Positions 1 to 10,856 of a DNA stretch of 43,661 bases are shown one piece after another (the stretch's first letter is position 1; every line of letters begins with the position of its first letter). This stretch comes from Nitrospirae bacterium MYbin3 (lineage in GTDB: Bacteria > Nitrospirota > Thermodesulfovibrionia > Thermodesulfovibrionales > Dissulfurispiraceae), in NCBI GenBank assembly GCA_002753335.1, contig PEAD01000026.1:1-43661 (forward strand), read 5' to 3'. The notes below the pieces were generated by a model. That model was not told the origin of the DNA, did no database searches, and was given only the letters and a program-made list of their open reading frames with translations. Both the position numbers and the translations under genes were made by a program.

Positions 1-1185
1 ATCCACAGCCACTATCAGGTCAAGGCTGCTTATCAATCCAGCAGTATCTTCAAAGCTTCGTATCTCTTCAGTAAAATCTATTAACTTGGGATGAACTCCT
101 CCAGTCTTGTTCAATACCTGAAGGCTGTAGAAATCTATACCTTGAATATCCAACAACTGCTTCATAACTTCAAAACCGCAGGACCTGTTTCTGTCATTTC
201 TGTGCTCAGGGTTGCCTGCCCAGCTTATGCCCACCTTTAGCCTGTCCTTATTGCCGACGATTCTTTTTTCCCATTTCGCAATTATTTCTTCAGATGGCCT
301 TATGTAAGGAATGTTCGCAGGTATGCTTGAAAGCTCGGTCTTAAACGCAAGGGGCAGGCTCAAAATAGGACAGTGGAGGTCAAAATCAGGTATGGCTTCT
401 CCTTTTGACACTGCTGCATTTACCCCTGCGGTATTTTTCAAAAGAGATACGAGGGCAGGTTGGCATTCAACTATAACCTTAGCCCCCATCTGTGCAATCA
501 AAGGGGCGTATCGTATGAACTGCAGTGTATCACCGTAACCCTGTTCTGCATGAAGGAGTATGGTTTTGCCCTTAATATCAGAACCGTTCCAGTGAGGCTG
601 TGAGAAGTCTCTGTGGTGTATCAGGTAATCTCCTTTTTCCCAACGCCATTCGTGCTCTTCCCATCCTTCTTTAAAATTCCCCAGCAATAAAAGCGTCAGC
701 GCCCTGTTGAAATGGGCTTCTGGGTATGCAATATCAAGTGCAAGCGCTCTATGAAACAATTCAAGAGCATTTTTAAACATAATTTTGTCATGCAATAAAA
801 CACCTATATTGTTCAGAGCTTCGATATATGATGGATTTAGCTCAAGAGCTTTTTTATAAAATGTCAGGGCATCATCGTAAAGCCGCATTTCCTTGAGGGC
901 ATTGCCTAAGTTGTAGTAGGCTTCAGCAAAGTCCGGTTTTAGCTCGATGGCTTTTTTGTATAGCAATACAGAATCTTCAAATTCAACATTTGTCTTGTGA
1001 ACATTTGCCAAATTGTAATAAGCCTCGGCATAGTCAGGATTAAGCTGTAGCGCCTTTCTGTAGCATTGAATCGCTTTGGAATACTCTTTTTCCAAACTAT
1101 ACTCTATTCCAAGGTCGTTGTACGCCTCAGCACTGTCTGGATTTAATTTAAGCTCTTCCAGCTTTTGTCGTATCTTGTCGGTCAT
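1..1185 (-). CDS. TPR-repeat glycosyltransferase (TPRs plus GT9-like C-terminal domain), 3'-partial
   Basis: Not in the ORF track because it runs off the window. Hand translation from ATG 1185 gives MTDKIRQKLEELKLNPDSAEAYNDLG, several TPRs (AEAYYNLGNAL), then GWEEHEWRW, HAEQGYGDTLQFIRY, KVGISWAGNPEH and FEDTAGLISSLDLIVAVD. Confidence 0.85.
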   Translation of the reverse strand, partial: MTDKIRQKLEELKLNPDSAEAYNDLGIEYSLEKEYSKAIQCYRKALQLNPDYAEAYYNLANVHKTNVEFEDSVLLYKKAIELKPDFAEAYYNLGNALKEMRLYDDALTFYKKALELNPSYIEALNNIGVLLHDKIMFKNALELFHRALALDIAYPEAHFNRALTLLLLGNFKEGWEEHEWRWEKGDYLIHHRDFSQPHWNGSDIKGKTILLHAEQGYGDTLQFIRYAPLIAQMGAKVIVECQPALVSLLKNTAGVNAAVSKGEAIPDFDLHCPILSLPLAFKTELSSIPANIPYIRPSEEIIAKWEKRIVGNKDRLKVGISWAGNPEHRNDRNRSCGFEVMKQLLDIQGIDFYSLQVLNKTGGVHPKLIDFTEEIRSFEDTAGLISSLDLIVAVD

Positions 1186-1329
1186 CTGTTTTCAATATAA
1201 CAAATCAGCATGCAATCATACATCTTTATTTTTGCTATCACCTCAGGTTGTTGACTCGGATGCTTTCGGCGTATTAAGATTTTTTGTGCAGCTCCAGAGT
1301 TTTTCTGATCAAGGGGGCGCGGAATCTTA

Positions 1330-2760
1330 ATGGAAGATAAAAAAGCGAGAATCCTTTTTAGCCGCACCTCCATCCCTTTTCCTCATGGATATTATTACGA
1401 AAGGGCTCTCAAGAAGTCTTTTGACGTAATCACCTATGGGCCTCATTTTCCTGATGAGATGTATTCGGTGCTTAATATCGAAGAGACCAGAGATATTAAG
1501 ATAGAAGCTGATATCCCTTATTTCACCGATGATATAACCGAGGTTATGAAGAAGCTCCCGTGGACACCCGACTTATTTCTCTGGACCGACAACTTTTACT
1601 GGTATCTTATGAAAGGGTTGAAAAAGCTGCCCTGTCCGACCGCCTGTTTTCTCCTTGACCCGCAGTATTTTCCTGACCTAAAGACAAAGGTTGCTCAGCA
1701 TTTCGATTTTGTTTTTGTTTCTCAGAAGAAACATCTTTCTCTTTATCAAGGGGAGGGATGCAGGAGAGTTCATTGGCTTACGCATGCCTGCGATCCTGAG
1801 CTCCACGGGACAGAGCCAATCCGTAAAAAATACGATATCAGCTTTGTGGGAACTCTCTCTCCTGGACGCAGGGAGATGATTGACCTGCTCAGCAGCAGGT
1901 TTAACATGCATTACGAGAGATGTTTCGGGAAGAGGATAGCGGAAGTCTATTCCCAATCAAAAATTGTATTCAATATTTCGAATTGCGGAGAGATAAACAT
2001 GAGGGTATTTGAGGCTATGGCATCCGGCAGCATGCTTCTTACAGATGCAGCGCCCGAAAGCAGTCTTTCTGAGCTTTTTGAGGACAAAAAGCACCTTGTG
2101 TTTTACAGGAACAATGAGGAACTTATCGCACTTGCTGACCACTATCTCAGAAATGATGATGAGAGGGAAGCGATAGCTGCCGCAGGCAAGCAAGAGGTTT
2201 TTGCAAAACATACTTATGACCACAGGGTGGCGACTCTTGTGGCTACTGTTAGATCTTCTCTAGGGGGAGAAACAGTTTCTTCGCTTAGAGAAGGTTCTTC
2301 TTATAACACTGAAGGTCTTTTGTCCAATGATACAACCAGAAATGTTTCTTCTGAGGCGCAGGAGTGGATGCAGCGTGGAATTATGTGCCAAGACAAAGGC
2401 GAATCGGAGAGCTCAGTATCTGCCTATTTAGAGGCGGTCAGGTTAGAACCCTGCTACGCCGAAGCCTATAATAATCTTGGCAAGATATCTAAAGACAACG
2501 GAGATATCGACAAAGCGATTTTTTACTATCAGAAGGCGTTGCAATGCAGTCCTGAATATGCTGTAGGGTATTATAATCTTGGAAATGCTTTCCTGATGAA
2601 GAATGAGAAACAAAAGGCTCTACGCTGCTACGATAAGGCTATACAGATTAATCCACTTTATGCCGAGGCCTATTACAATCTTTCCGAAGTATTTCTGCGT
2701 GAGGGAGCATTCGAGAAGCATATGGAATATCTGCGCAAGGCTTGGGAGTGCCTTGAATAA
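1330..2760 (+). CDS. CgeB-like glycosyltransferase (Glyco_trans_1_2 type) with C-terminal TPRs
   Basis: YDISFVG, YSQSKIVFN, INMRVFEAMASG and HTYDHR motifs, followed by TPRs (AEAYNNLG, YYNLGNAF). Confidence 0.8.
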   Translation: MEDKKARILFSRTSIPFPHGYYYERALKKSFDVITYGPHFPDEMYSVLNIEETRDIKIEADIPYFTDDITEVMKKLPWTPDLFLWTDNFYWYLMKGLKKLPCPTACFLLDPQYFPDLKTKVAQHFDFVFVSQKKHLSLYQGEGCRRVHWLTHACDPELHGTEPIRKKYDISFVGTLSPGRREMIDLLSSRFNMHYERCFGKRIAEVYSQSKIVFNISNCGEINMRVFEAMASGSMLLTDAAPESSLSELFEDKKHLVFYRNNEELIALADHYLRNDDEREAIAAAGKQEVFAKHTYDHRVATLVATVRSSLGGETVSSLREGSSYNTEGLLSNDTTRNVSSEAQEWMQRGIMCQDKGESESSVSAYLEAVRLEPCYAEAYNNLGKISKDNGDIDKAIFYYQKALQCSPEYAVGYYNLGNAFLMKNEKQKALRCYDKAIQINPLYAEAYYNLSEVFLREGAFEKHMEYLRKAWECLE

Positions 2761-2812
2761 GGGAATCGTGATGGACATAGAATTTAAAATCAGGCCATAT
2801 TGAGGTTAAACT

Positions 2813-5779
2813 TTGACGCTTTTGGATCAGTATTTTGAAACCTTTAACCAAAATGACATTGAAATATTCTTGAAATCGTACAGGCACGCGCTTGGACTGT
2901 TGCGCGAGTCTGGTCGGTCTTGCGAAGCATACGATCTTATATTTGAAGCATCAGCAAAAATTTATCTTTTGCCCCAAGCAATCACCTCTTGCCAAAAAGC
3001 GATAAAAGAAGACGCTTTGTATGAAAAGGCATATTCAAATCTGTTCAATATTTATTACAACCTCGGCCTCTTTTATTCCGCGAAAAAAGTAATAAAAAAA
3101 ATGTCATCGATTTTTCCAGAAAACAAAGACTGGCCGGTTGTTTTTGATAAATTGGAACAAAAATATCCTGATAAGTACGTAACTTTTTATATCCCATGTT
3201 ATAACGTTGAACAGTATATAGCCCAAACAATAGAGGGCATAATGGCCCAGAGCTATGAGATACAAGAAATACTTGTTATAGACGACTGCTCGCCTGACCA
3301 GTCGGCCGAGATAGCCGCAAAATATCCGGTAAGAATCATAAAACATGATCTAAACAAGGGGCTTTCAGCAGCCCGGAATACTGCTTTGAGAAATGCTCGT
3401 ACCGAGTTTATAGCATCTGTTGATACGGATGCGGTGCCGGATGTTTTTTGGCTGGAGCGCATAATACTTGCTTTTGACAATGACTCGATTGCAGGAGTTG
3501 GGGGCAGGCTTATAGAAAAAAATACAGTGACTCTTGCTGACCGTTGGAGGCAGATAAGATTAAGCCAGGATCACGGAGAAGCTGTTGTTGACAACGCTCT
3601 GCTTTTTGGAAGCAATGCTGTTTTCCGTACCGAAGCATTAATTAATGCAGGAGGGTATCTAGATTCTCTTAGGTCTAATAGTGAAGACGCCTACATTAGC
3701 AATACGTTGTTAAGAACAGGATACAGCTTGCGTTATGTGCCTGAAGCTGAATGCTTTCATTTGAGGAAAGATAGTGTTAAGTCTGTGATTGATACGTGTT
3801 ATAACTGGAGAAAGCCGTATTGGGAAATGAAAGGTGCCTTTATCGATATAAAACTATTGGCCGAAAAAGGGGCAGCGATTGTTTCAGAGTGCATGCGCGA
3901 TTTTTCTGAGGTGTTAAAAAACAGGCATTTTGATCTTCTTTATTTCGATTTTCTAAATGCTATAAGAAGCATATTCAAGGATTTGCTGATGATGCGCCAA
4001 AAGTTTTCTTCAGAGCAAATTATTGAAACTTCGGACGCAGCATATGTTGTGCTGCTGTGCATGCTTAATAAATCGGTCTTTTTAAATAGTAGGCTTATTG
4101 GCTTTATTATCGAGAATATAAGCGATCTGACAGCTCATTCTGAAGAGAAAAAGAAAAGTCTTGATGATATTGTTTTAATGATACTGCCTAAAGCAAAAAG
4201 CGAAGAAAATATTTGTCAAATCTTGAAGGATATAGGCGTATTTGAGCAGGCTGATTTTGATTATCTGTCTGAAGTTTTTTTAAATGTTCTTTCTGAAATA
4301 CTTTTAAATATTGACGATACTGTTGCATCCATGCTCGAAACAACAGCAAGGCGTATAAGGCATGAAGCGGAACACTCCCCATATAAGTCCGACAAAAGGG
4401 TTATGCTTTTAAATCCTCCTTGGAGGTTCGGCAACAGGACGGGGGTTCGGGCAGGCTCTCGCTGGCCGTTCACATCACAGAGATGCGAATCTGGAATGGG
4501 ATATATACCGTATCCTTTTTTCCTAGGCTATCTATCATCAATTCTAACCGATAGAGGCATAGGCAATGTTATTGTCGATGCCATAGCAGAAGAGTTAACG
4601 AATCATGAATTTATAGAGAGGGTTGCAGGGTTTGAACCGGAGGTGGTTCTTATAGAAACCTCAACAGCCTCGTTTGTAAAAGACTGTTTGTGGCTTTTGA
4701 AGATAAAGGAAAGACTGCCTTATACAAAAGTGATTTTGACAGGAACTCATGTAACGGCTTTGGGAGAAGAAATAATATCAGAAAATCCGTTTATTGATTT
4801 TACAATTCAGGGAGAGTATGAACTTGCTGCAGCTGAATTGATAAATGCTCTAATAAACGGCAATGACTATGTCTCAATAAAAGGCCTTCTTTTTATCGGT
4901 GCAGACGGAAATATTGTTGATAACGGCTCAACAGAGCCTATTACAGATATTGATAGTCTTCCTTGGCCAGAGAGGCTTACGGTGCCGATATACAAATACA
5001 ATGATCTGTTTGCGGGCATGGCCTACCCGAGTCTTCAGGTGCATGGGAGCAGGGGATGTCCGTACAAGTGTGTTTTCTGTGTGTGGCCGCAGATACTGTA
5101 TGGCAATGGTTCTTACAGGCCTCGCTTACCAGAGAAAATAGCGGATGAAATTGAATACTGCGTTACGACCTTCGGATTCAAATCATTTTATTTTGATGAT
5201 GATACATTTAACATCGGCAAGGAAAGGATATTGAAACTATGCCAGGAATTTGTGAAGAGAGGCATTACAGCCCCTTGGGGGGCGATGGCTCGTGCTGATA
5301 CTGCGGATTATGAAATGCTTTCTGCCATGAAGCAGGCTGGCATGGTGGGCATAAAATTTGGCGTTGAGTCTGGTGTTCAGGAACTGGTGAACAGTGCTAG
5401 TAAGAACCTTGATCTTGAAAAGGTGGAAAAGGCTATGCAGTGGTGCAAAGAGCTTGGCATAAAAACTCATCTTACATTTACGTTTGGATTGCCGGGCGAG
5501 ACCGAAGAAACAATAGACAAAACCATCGAATTTGCCAAGAGGCTTAATCCAGACACTATTCAGTTTTCTATTACCACCCCATTCCCCGGAACAAAATATT
5601 ATAAAAAGCTTAAGGATGAAGGGCATCTGATTACCGAAGAATGGGAAAAATATGATGGCGGCTTGCATACGGTCATAAAATCGGATAATCTTACAAAAGA
5701 ATGCCTTGAGAAAGCCGTAATATCTGCAAACAATGAATTCTGGAAATTTAAAATGCAACTTAAGGAGAAGGCTTTATGA
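2813..5779 (+). CDS. TPR + GT2 glycosyltransferase + B12-binding/radical SAM (HpnJ-like) fusion protein
   Basis: TTG start after GAGGT. GT2 motifs [24 protein letters not shown] and SED. Radical SAM motifs [23 protein letters not shown] and TFGLPGET. Confidence 0.85.
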   Translation: MTLLDQYFETFNQNDIEIFLKSYRHALGLLRESGRSCEAYDLIFEASAKIYLLPQAITSCQKAIKEDALYEKAYSNLFNIYYNLGLFYSAKKVIKKMSSIFPENKDWPVVFDKLEQKYPDKYVTFYIPCYNVEQYIAQTIEGIMAQSYEIQEILVIDDCSPDQSAEIAAKYPVRIIKHDLNKGLSAARNTALRNARTEFIASVDTDAVPDVFWLERIILAFDNDSIAGVGGRLIEKNTVTLADRWRQIRLSQDHGEAVVDNALLFGSNAVFRTEALINAGGYLDSLRSNSEDAYISNTLLRTGYSLRYVPEAECFHLRKDSVKSVIDTCYNWRKPYWEMKGAFIDIKLLAEKGAAIVSECMRDFSEVLKNRHFDLLYFDFLNAIRSIFKDLLMMRQKFSSEQIIETSDAAYVVLLCMLNKSVFLNSRLIGFIIENISDLTAHSEEKKKSLDDIVLMILPKAKSEENICQILKDIGVFEQADFDYLSEVFLNVLSEILLNIDDTVASMLETTARRIRHEAEHSPYKSDKRVMLLNPPWRFGNRTGVRAGSRWPFTSQRCESGMGYIPYPFFLGYLSSILTDRGIGNVIVDAIAEELTNHEFIERVAGFEPEVVLIETSTASFVKDCLWLLKIKERLPYTKVILTGTHVTALGEEIISENPFIDFTIQGEYELAAAELINALINGNDYVSIKGLLFIGADGNIVDNGSTEPITDIDSLPWPERLTVPIYKYNDLFAGMAYPSLQVHGSRGCPYKCVFCVWPQILYGNGSYRPRLPEKIADEIEYCVTTFGFKSFYFDDDTFNIGKERILKLCQEFVKRGITAPWGAMARADTADYEMLSAMKQAGMVGIKFGVESGVQELVNSASKNLDLEKVEKAMQWCKELGIKTHLTFTFGLPGETEETIDKTIEFAKRLNPDTIQFSITTPFPGTKYYKKLKDEGHLITEEWEKYDGGLHTVIKSDNLTKECLEKAVISANNEFWKFKMQLKEKAL

Positions 5780-6834
5780 GCATAGTTCTTGTAACCGGTT
5801 CTGCAGGGCTTATCGGTTCTGAAGCGGTTCGCTTCTTTTGCGAAAAGGGTTTTGATGTTGTGGGCATTGACAACAATCTGAGAAAATCTTTTTTTGGGCC
5901 TGACGCATCAACCGAATGGAATAAGCAACAACTTGCGGCCTCATATAAAAACTACAAGCATTACGATCTTGATATAAGAGACGAGGGTGGCATATCAGAT
6001 GTTTTTTCTAAATACCGAGGAAATATAGCTCTTATTATTCATGCTGCTGCGCAACCGTCACACGACTGGGCAGCAAAAGAGCCGACTACCGATTTTACGG
6101 TAAATGCAAACGGTACTCTTGTTCTGCTGGAGTGCCTAAGAAAACTCTCTCCAGAAGCGGTTTTTATTTATACATCGACAAACAAGGTTTATGGTGACAC
6201 GCCGAATGAATTGCCTTTAATAGAACTTGAAACACGTTTTGAACTGCCGGCTGAGCATCAATTTTATAACGGTATTGACGAAACTATGAGTATAGACTCA
6301 TCCACGCACAGCCTCTTTGGCGTATCAAAAACAGCAGCAGACCTTCTTGTGCAGGAGTATGGCAGATACTTCGGTCTTAAAACAGGAGTTTTCAGGGGTG
6401 GCTGTCTTACCGGACCTGCACATTCAGGGACGATGCTCCACGGCTTCCTCTCATACCTCATGCTGTGCTGCATAAGCGGCGGCAAATACTCGATATTCGG
6501 ATATAAAGGCAAGCAGGTGCGGGACAATATACATTCTTTAGATCTTGTTAATGCCTTCTACCACTTTTTTGAAAATCCCAAACGTGGTGAGGTATATAAT
6601 ATTGGTGGCAGCAGAAAGTCTAACGTTTCGATGCTTGAAGCAGTAACCTTATGCGAAAAGATTTCGGGTAAAAAAATGAACATAGAATACATAGACAAAA
6701 ACCGTATCGGAGACCATATTTGGTGGATAAGCGATATATCAAAGTTCAGAAAAGATTATCCTGGCTGGGATATCAGATACGGTATAACCGAAATTCTGGA
6801 AGATATTTATAATGCAAAGAAAAGCCGCCACTAG
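5776..6834 (+). CDS. NAD-dependent nucleotide-sugar epimerase/dehydratase (CDP-tyvelose/paratose 2-epimerase-like); YxxxK replaced by FxxxK
   Basis: [34 protein letters not shown] and GKQVRD. Overlaps the upstream gene's stop. Confidence 0.85.
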   Translation: MSIVLVTGSAGLIGSEAVRFFCEKGFDVVGIDNNLRKSFFGPDASTEWNKQQLAASYKNYKHYDLDIRDEGGISDVFSKYRGNIALIIHAAAQPSHDWAAKEPTTDFTVNANGTLVLLECLRKLSPEAVFIYTSTNKVYGDTPNELPLIELETRFELPAEHQFYNGIDETMSIDSSTHSLFGVSKTAADLLVQEYGRYFGLKTGVFRGGCLTGPAHSGTMLHGFLSYLMLCCISGGKYSIFGYKGKQVRDNIHSLDLVNAFYHFFENPKRGEVYNIGGSRKSNVSMLEAVTLCEKISGKKMNIEYIDKNRIGDHIWWISDISKFRKDYPGWDIRYGITEILEDIYNAKKSRH

Positions 6835-7879
6835 CAAAGGCCGGATTCAGGGCAGAACAATTCTTGTAGCAGGCGGCGCAGGCTTTATAGGCGCTAACAT
6901 TTGTTTCTATTTGAAAAAGAAGCATCCGTCCTGCCGTATAATATCATTAGATAATCTAAAACGGCGCGGTTCTGAAATTAATATAGAACTGCAGAAAAAT
7001 AACGGTATCGAATTCATTCATGGTGATGTTCGCTGCAAAGAAGACCTTAAAATCGGCCACAGTATTGATGCTATAATAGAATGCTCCGCAGAGCCTTCGG
7101 TTGTAGCAGGGTATGGCGAGAATCCTGAATATATTCTGAATACGAACTTATTGGGCGCGATTAATTGTTTTGAACTTGCCCGCAATAAAGGCGCCGATGT
7201 TATATTTCTGTCTACAAGCAGGGTGTACCCATATGAGTTGATTAATTCACTGCCTTTTATAGAAAAGGCAACACGGTATGAGTTTTCCGGAAACTATTCT
7301 AGCGGTGTCAGAGAGGATTTTCCTATTGTGGGCCCCAAAACATTGTATGGAGCTACAAAGTTGGCATCCGAACAAATACTTGTGGAATACATGGCCCAAT
7401 ACGGGATAAAAGGGGTCATAAATAGATGCGGTACCGTGGCCGGCCCCGGCCAGTTTGGAAAAGTCGATCAAGGGGTTTTTACTTACTGGATCATGGCGCA
7501 CTTATCAAGGAGCCCTCTGCAGTATATCGGGTTTGGGGGATCGGGCAAACAAGTTCGCGATCTGCTTCATGTAGATGATCTTTGCAGACTGATAGAATTG
7601 CAGCTTCTCGATATGGATGTCGGCAACCAGAAAATATTCAACGTAGGCGGAGGCAAAGCCAATACTTTTTCGCTGCTTGAGGCAACGTTATTGTGTGAGC
7701 GGATATCCGGCAGAAAGGTCAGAAAAAGCCGAATAAAAGAGACTCGTTCCGGTGATGTCAGGATTTATTATACTGACATAAAAAATGTTGAAACGGTTTT
7801 CCGATGGAAACCCGAAAAATCTGCAGAAAAAATCATGAGCGATATTTATGAATGGCTTAAAGCTATAAAAAAGGCATGA
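6812..7879 (+). CDS. NAD-dependent nucleotide-sugar epimerase/dehydratase (CDP-tyvelose/paratose 2-epimerase-like)
   Basis: [15 protein letters not shown], intact LYGATK, and [11 protein letters not shown]. Confidence 0.85.
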   Translation: MQRKAATSKGRIQGRTILVAGGAGFIGANICFYLKKKHPSCRIISLDNLKRRGSEINIELQKNNGIEFIHGDVRCKEDLKIGHSIDAIIECSAEPSVVAGYGENPEYILNTNLLGAINCFELARNKGADVIFLSTSRVYPYELINSLPFIEKATRYEFSGNYSSGVREDFPIVGPKTLYGATKLASEQILVEYMAQYGIKGVINRCGTVAGPGQFGKVDQGVFTYWIMAHLSRSPLQYIGFGGSGKQVRDLLHVDDLCRLIELQLLDMDVGNQKIFNVGGGKANTFSLLEATLLCERISGRKVRKSRIKETRSGDVRIYYTDIKNVETVFRWKPEKSAEKIMSDIYEWLKAIKKA

Positions 7880-9624
7880 TAAAAAAATCTCTTGGCAGGA
7901 CATACAGATATACGGTGATAGCCGCTGTTGTCTGGACATTAATTGTCGGCATTTCTTTTATATGGAATTTTTACAGTGAACACAAGCTTACTGAGGAGCT
8001 TGCTAAAAACTCGGCGCTTGCAACCTTCGAAAAGGACCATGCATTCAGGCTCTGGGCAACTTCTCACGGAGGAGTTTATGTTGAGGTAAGGGATGATACC
8101 AAGCCCAATCCCTATCTCAGTGTGCCTGATCGTGACATTATAACTCCCTCTGGGAAGCGGCTGACACTTATGAACCCTGCCTATATGCTGCGCCAGATAA
8201 TGGAGCAGTATGCCGGGTTATACGGCATCATAGGAAAGATAACGAGCCTAAAACCTCTTAGACCCGAAAATGCGCCTGATGAATGGGAAAAAAATGCGCT
8301 TAAATCATTTGAGTCCGGTGTCAAAGAGGTTTTTGAGTTTACGGTGCTTAATGATAAACCATACCTGAGATTTATGCGTCCTATGCTTACGCAAAAAGGA
8401 TGTCTAAAATGCCATTTGCATCAGGGCTATAAAGAAGGTCAGGTCAGGGGAGGGATTGGAGTTTATGTCCCTATGGAACCATACCGCGGTATCGAAAAAA
8501 GGGCGTTGCAAGCTATCGCCCTCTCACATATCTCATTCTGGCTTATCGGCATAGCAGCAATGCTGATAATATCTATAAGAAGCAGGGATCGCCAGATCGA
8601 AAAGGCGAGGGCTGAAGAGAAGCTGAGGAGCATAACCGCTTCTCTTGGAGAGGGCGTCTATGTTCTTGATGACAAGGGATGTCTCGTATTTATGAATCCT
8701 GAGGCTGAACGCCTTTTCGGATGGAGCGAGAAAGAACTTCTTGGACGCAGGGTGCATGACATCATACATAATCATAAAGCCGACGCGAATGGAATCTCGG
8801 ATAAGGAATGTCCTGTGCTGTCTGTGTTGTCAACCGGCATTATGTGCCGAAACGAAAGCGATATGTTTATCAGAAAAGACGGATCAACCTTTCCAACCGC
8901 CTACATAACAACACCTATAATTGAAGACGGCAGGGTTGTAGGCGTGGTCACCGTCTTTTCGGATATCACATCGCGCAAGACCTATGAAGGCCAGATGAAA
9001 AAGTCTATGCTCGAAAAAGAGACGCTTTTGAAAGAGATACATCATAGGGTCAAAAACAATATGCAGGTGATTACAAGCATTTTGAACCTTCAGGCCAAGC
9101 TTATAAAAGATGATACTGTGGCCGAGATTTTTAGGGAAAGCCAAGCAAGGATACGGTCTATGGCTATGGTTCATGAAAGGCTCTATCGCGCAGATAATCT
9201 TTCTAAAATAGGCTTTGCAGAGTATGTGCGGAGTCTTGTTTTGGATATCATACGCTCTTACTCTGTGAACAGCGATAGAGTGAAACTTAAAATTGATATT
9301 GCCGAAGACATAGAACTTAACGTAGATAACGCAATCCCCTGCGGACTGATTATTAATGAGCTTGCTTCAAATAGTTTTAAACATGCTTTTAAATCCGGCA
9401 TGGAAGGCTTATTAACGATAAGTTTTTGCAAGAACAAAGATTCAGGGTATATACTAGCTGTCAGCGACAACGGAGCAGGATTTCCGAAGGATATCAAGTT
9501 TTCCGACACCTCCTCGCTAGGACTCAGGCTTGTCAATATGCTTGCAAAACAGCTTGGCGGCAGCATAGAGATGACTGATGTCCCGAAAGGCACCGAATTC
9601 AGAATCTGTTTTGCCGGAGATTAA
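7876..9624 (+). CDS. Membrane sensor histidine kinase: DUF3365-type heme-c domain, PAS, HisKA_2, HATPase
   Basis: Two TM segments flank TLMNPAYM...CLKCH. PAS domain follows. H-box LLKEIHHRVKNN, then NELASNSFKHAF, VSDNGAG and SLGLRLV. Confidence 0.88.
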   Translation: MIKKSLGRTYRYTVIAAVVWTLIVGISFIWNFYSEHKLTEELAKNSALATFEKDHAFRLWATSHGGVYVEVRDDTKPNPYLSVPDRDIITPSGKRLTLMNPAYMLRQIMEQYAGLYGIIGKITSLKPLRPENAPDEWEKNALKSFESGVKEVFEFTVLNDKPYLRFMRPMLTQKGCLKCHLHQGYKEGQVRGGIGVYVPMEPYRGIEKRALQAIALSHISFWLIGIAAMLIISIRSRDRQIEKARAEEKLRSITASLGEGVYVLDDKGCLVFMNPEAERLFGWSEKELLGRRVHDIIHNHKADANGISDKECPVLSVLSTGIMCRNESDMFIRKDGSTFPTAYITTPIIEDGRVVGVVTVFSDITSRKTYEGQMKKSMLEKETLLKEIHHRVKNNMQVITSILNLQAKLIKDDTVAEIFRESQARIRSMAMVHERLYRADNLSKIGFAEYVRSLVLDIIRSYSVNSDRVKLKIDIAEDIELNVDNAIPCGLIINELASNSFKHAFKSGMEGLLTISFCKNKDSGYILAVSDNGAGFPKDIKFSDTSSLGLRLVNMLAKQLGGSIEMTDVPKGTEFRICFAGD

Positions 9625-9625
9625 T

Positions 9626-10852
9626 ATGATGAATGCTATGGCCATGAAAACGAAAATTATTATTGTTGAGGATGAGGTTATAGTAGCCGAAGACATCAGA
9701 ACTACACTTATGCATCTTGATTATGATGTTATTGCGATGGCTTCCTCCGGGGAAGAGGCTGTTGTTCTGGCTGGTGAATTCAAGCCTGATATAGTAATGA
9801 TGGATATTATTTTGAAAGGGTCCATGGACGGCATCGAGGCCGCTACACAAATACAGTCAAAGTACGATATCCCTGTAATTTACCTCACGGCCCATGGAGA
9901 TGAGAACACCTTTGAGCGAGCAAAGGTTTCTGCGCCCTTTGGATATCTTATGAAGCCGTTTGATGTGCAGATGATGAAAAATACGATCGAAATGGCGATT
10001 TACAAACATGGGGTAGAAAAGAAGCTAAAAGAGAGTGAAGCCCGCTACCGTGCGATAGTTGAGGATCAGACAGAACTTATAAGCCGTTTTCTTCCAAACG
10101 GAGTGTTGACGTTTGTTAATGACACTTTTTGCCGCCATTTCAATAAAAGGGCTGATGAGCTTATCGGCGAGAATGTTATCAATCTTATAATTGAAGAGGA
10201 CAGGGAGAGGCTAAGAAAGCAGATAGATTTTCTCAGCCCTGATATGCCTGTTGTTATGTCAGAGAACAGGATTTTAAGGCAAAACGGAATGGTAGCATGG
10301 CTGCAGTGTACACTCAGGGCGATCTTTGACGACTATTTCCATAAAGCCGAAATCCAGGCAGTTTACCGCGACATTACCGAGAGGAAGAGGACAGAGGAAA
10401 AGCTGAGGGCACAAGAGGAAGTTTTAAGCCTCCTTATTGACTATACACCGGCAGCCGTTGCTCTTTTCGACCTGGACATGAAGTGTATAGTTGCAAGTAA
10501 GCGGTGGGTCAAGAACTATGGGCTTGGCAGCAAGAATGTTATCGGCATGGCTATTTATGAGATACTGTCGTCATACGGAGATAATTGGAAATCAGCCTTC
10601 ACGAGATGTATTGAAGGGGCGGCAGAAAAGTGCGAGGAAGAGATGATTAAACTGCCTGATGGCAGGACAGAGTGGATGCGTTGGGAGATGCGCCCATGGG
10701 TGAGGCATGACAACAGTGTGGGCGGTGTCATAATGTTCAATGAGATAGTGACGGAATTGAAGCAGACGAAAATTAAGCTTGATGAATTGAACAGAGATTT
10801 CGAAAATAAGTTGGCAAAGAAAATAACCGCTTTTAAAAACGGGATTGCATAG
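9626..10852 (+). CDS. Response regulator REC-PAS-PAS with no output domain
   Basis: ATG 9626 follows GGAGA. REC motifs IVEDE, MMDI, YLTA and LMKPF, then two PAS domains. Confidence 0.82.
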   Translation: MMNAMAMKTKIIIVEDEVIVAEDIRTTLMHLDYDVIAMASSGEEAVVLAGEFKPDIVMMDIILKGSMDGIEAATQIQSKYDIPVIYLTAHGDENTFERAKVSAPFGYLMKPFDVQMMKNTIEMAIYKHGVEKKLKESEARYRAIVEDQTELISRFLPNGVLTFVNDTFCRHFNKRADELIGENVINLIIEEDRERLRKQIDFLSPDMPVVMSENRILRQNGMVAWLQCTLRAIFDDYFHKAEIQAVYRDITERKRTEEKLRAQEEVLSLLIDYTPAAVALFDLDMKCIVASKRWVKNYGLGSKNVIGMAIYEILSSYGDNWKSAFTRCIEGAAEKCEEEMIKLPDGRTEWMRWEMRPWVRHDNSVGGVIMFNEIVTELKQTKIKLDELNRDFENKLAKKITAFKNGIA

Positions 10853-10856
10853 AGAT

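Noticed and set aside
2771..2815. Selenocysteine or readthrough extension of the fusion gene via TGA 2801
   Set aside because: A second in-frame stop (TAA) follows two codons later, and the TTG start has its own SD.
700..3070. Recurring sequence similarity suggesting a repeat array or CRISPR
   Set aside because: These are degenerate TPR codons (AEAYxNLG), with no fixed repeat-spacer periodicity and no cas genes.
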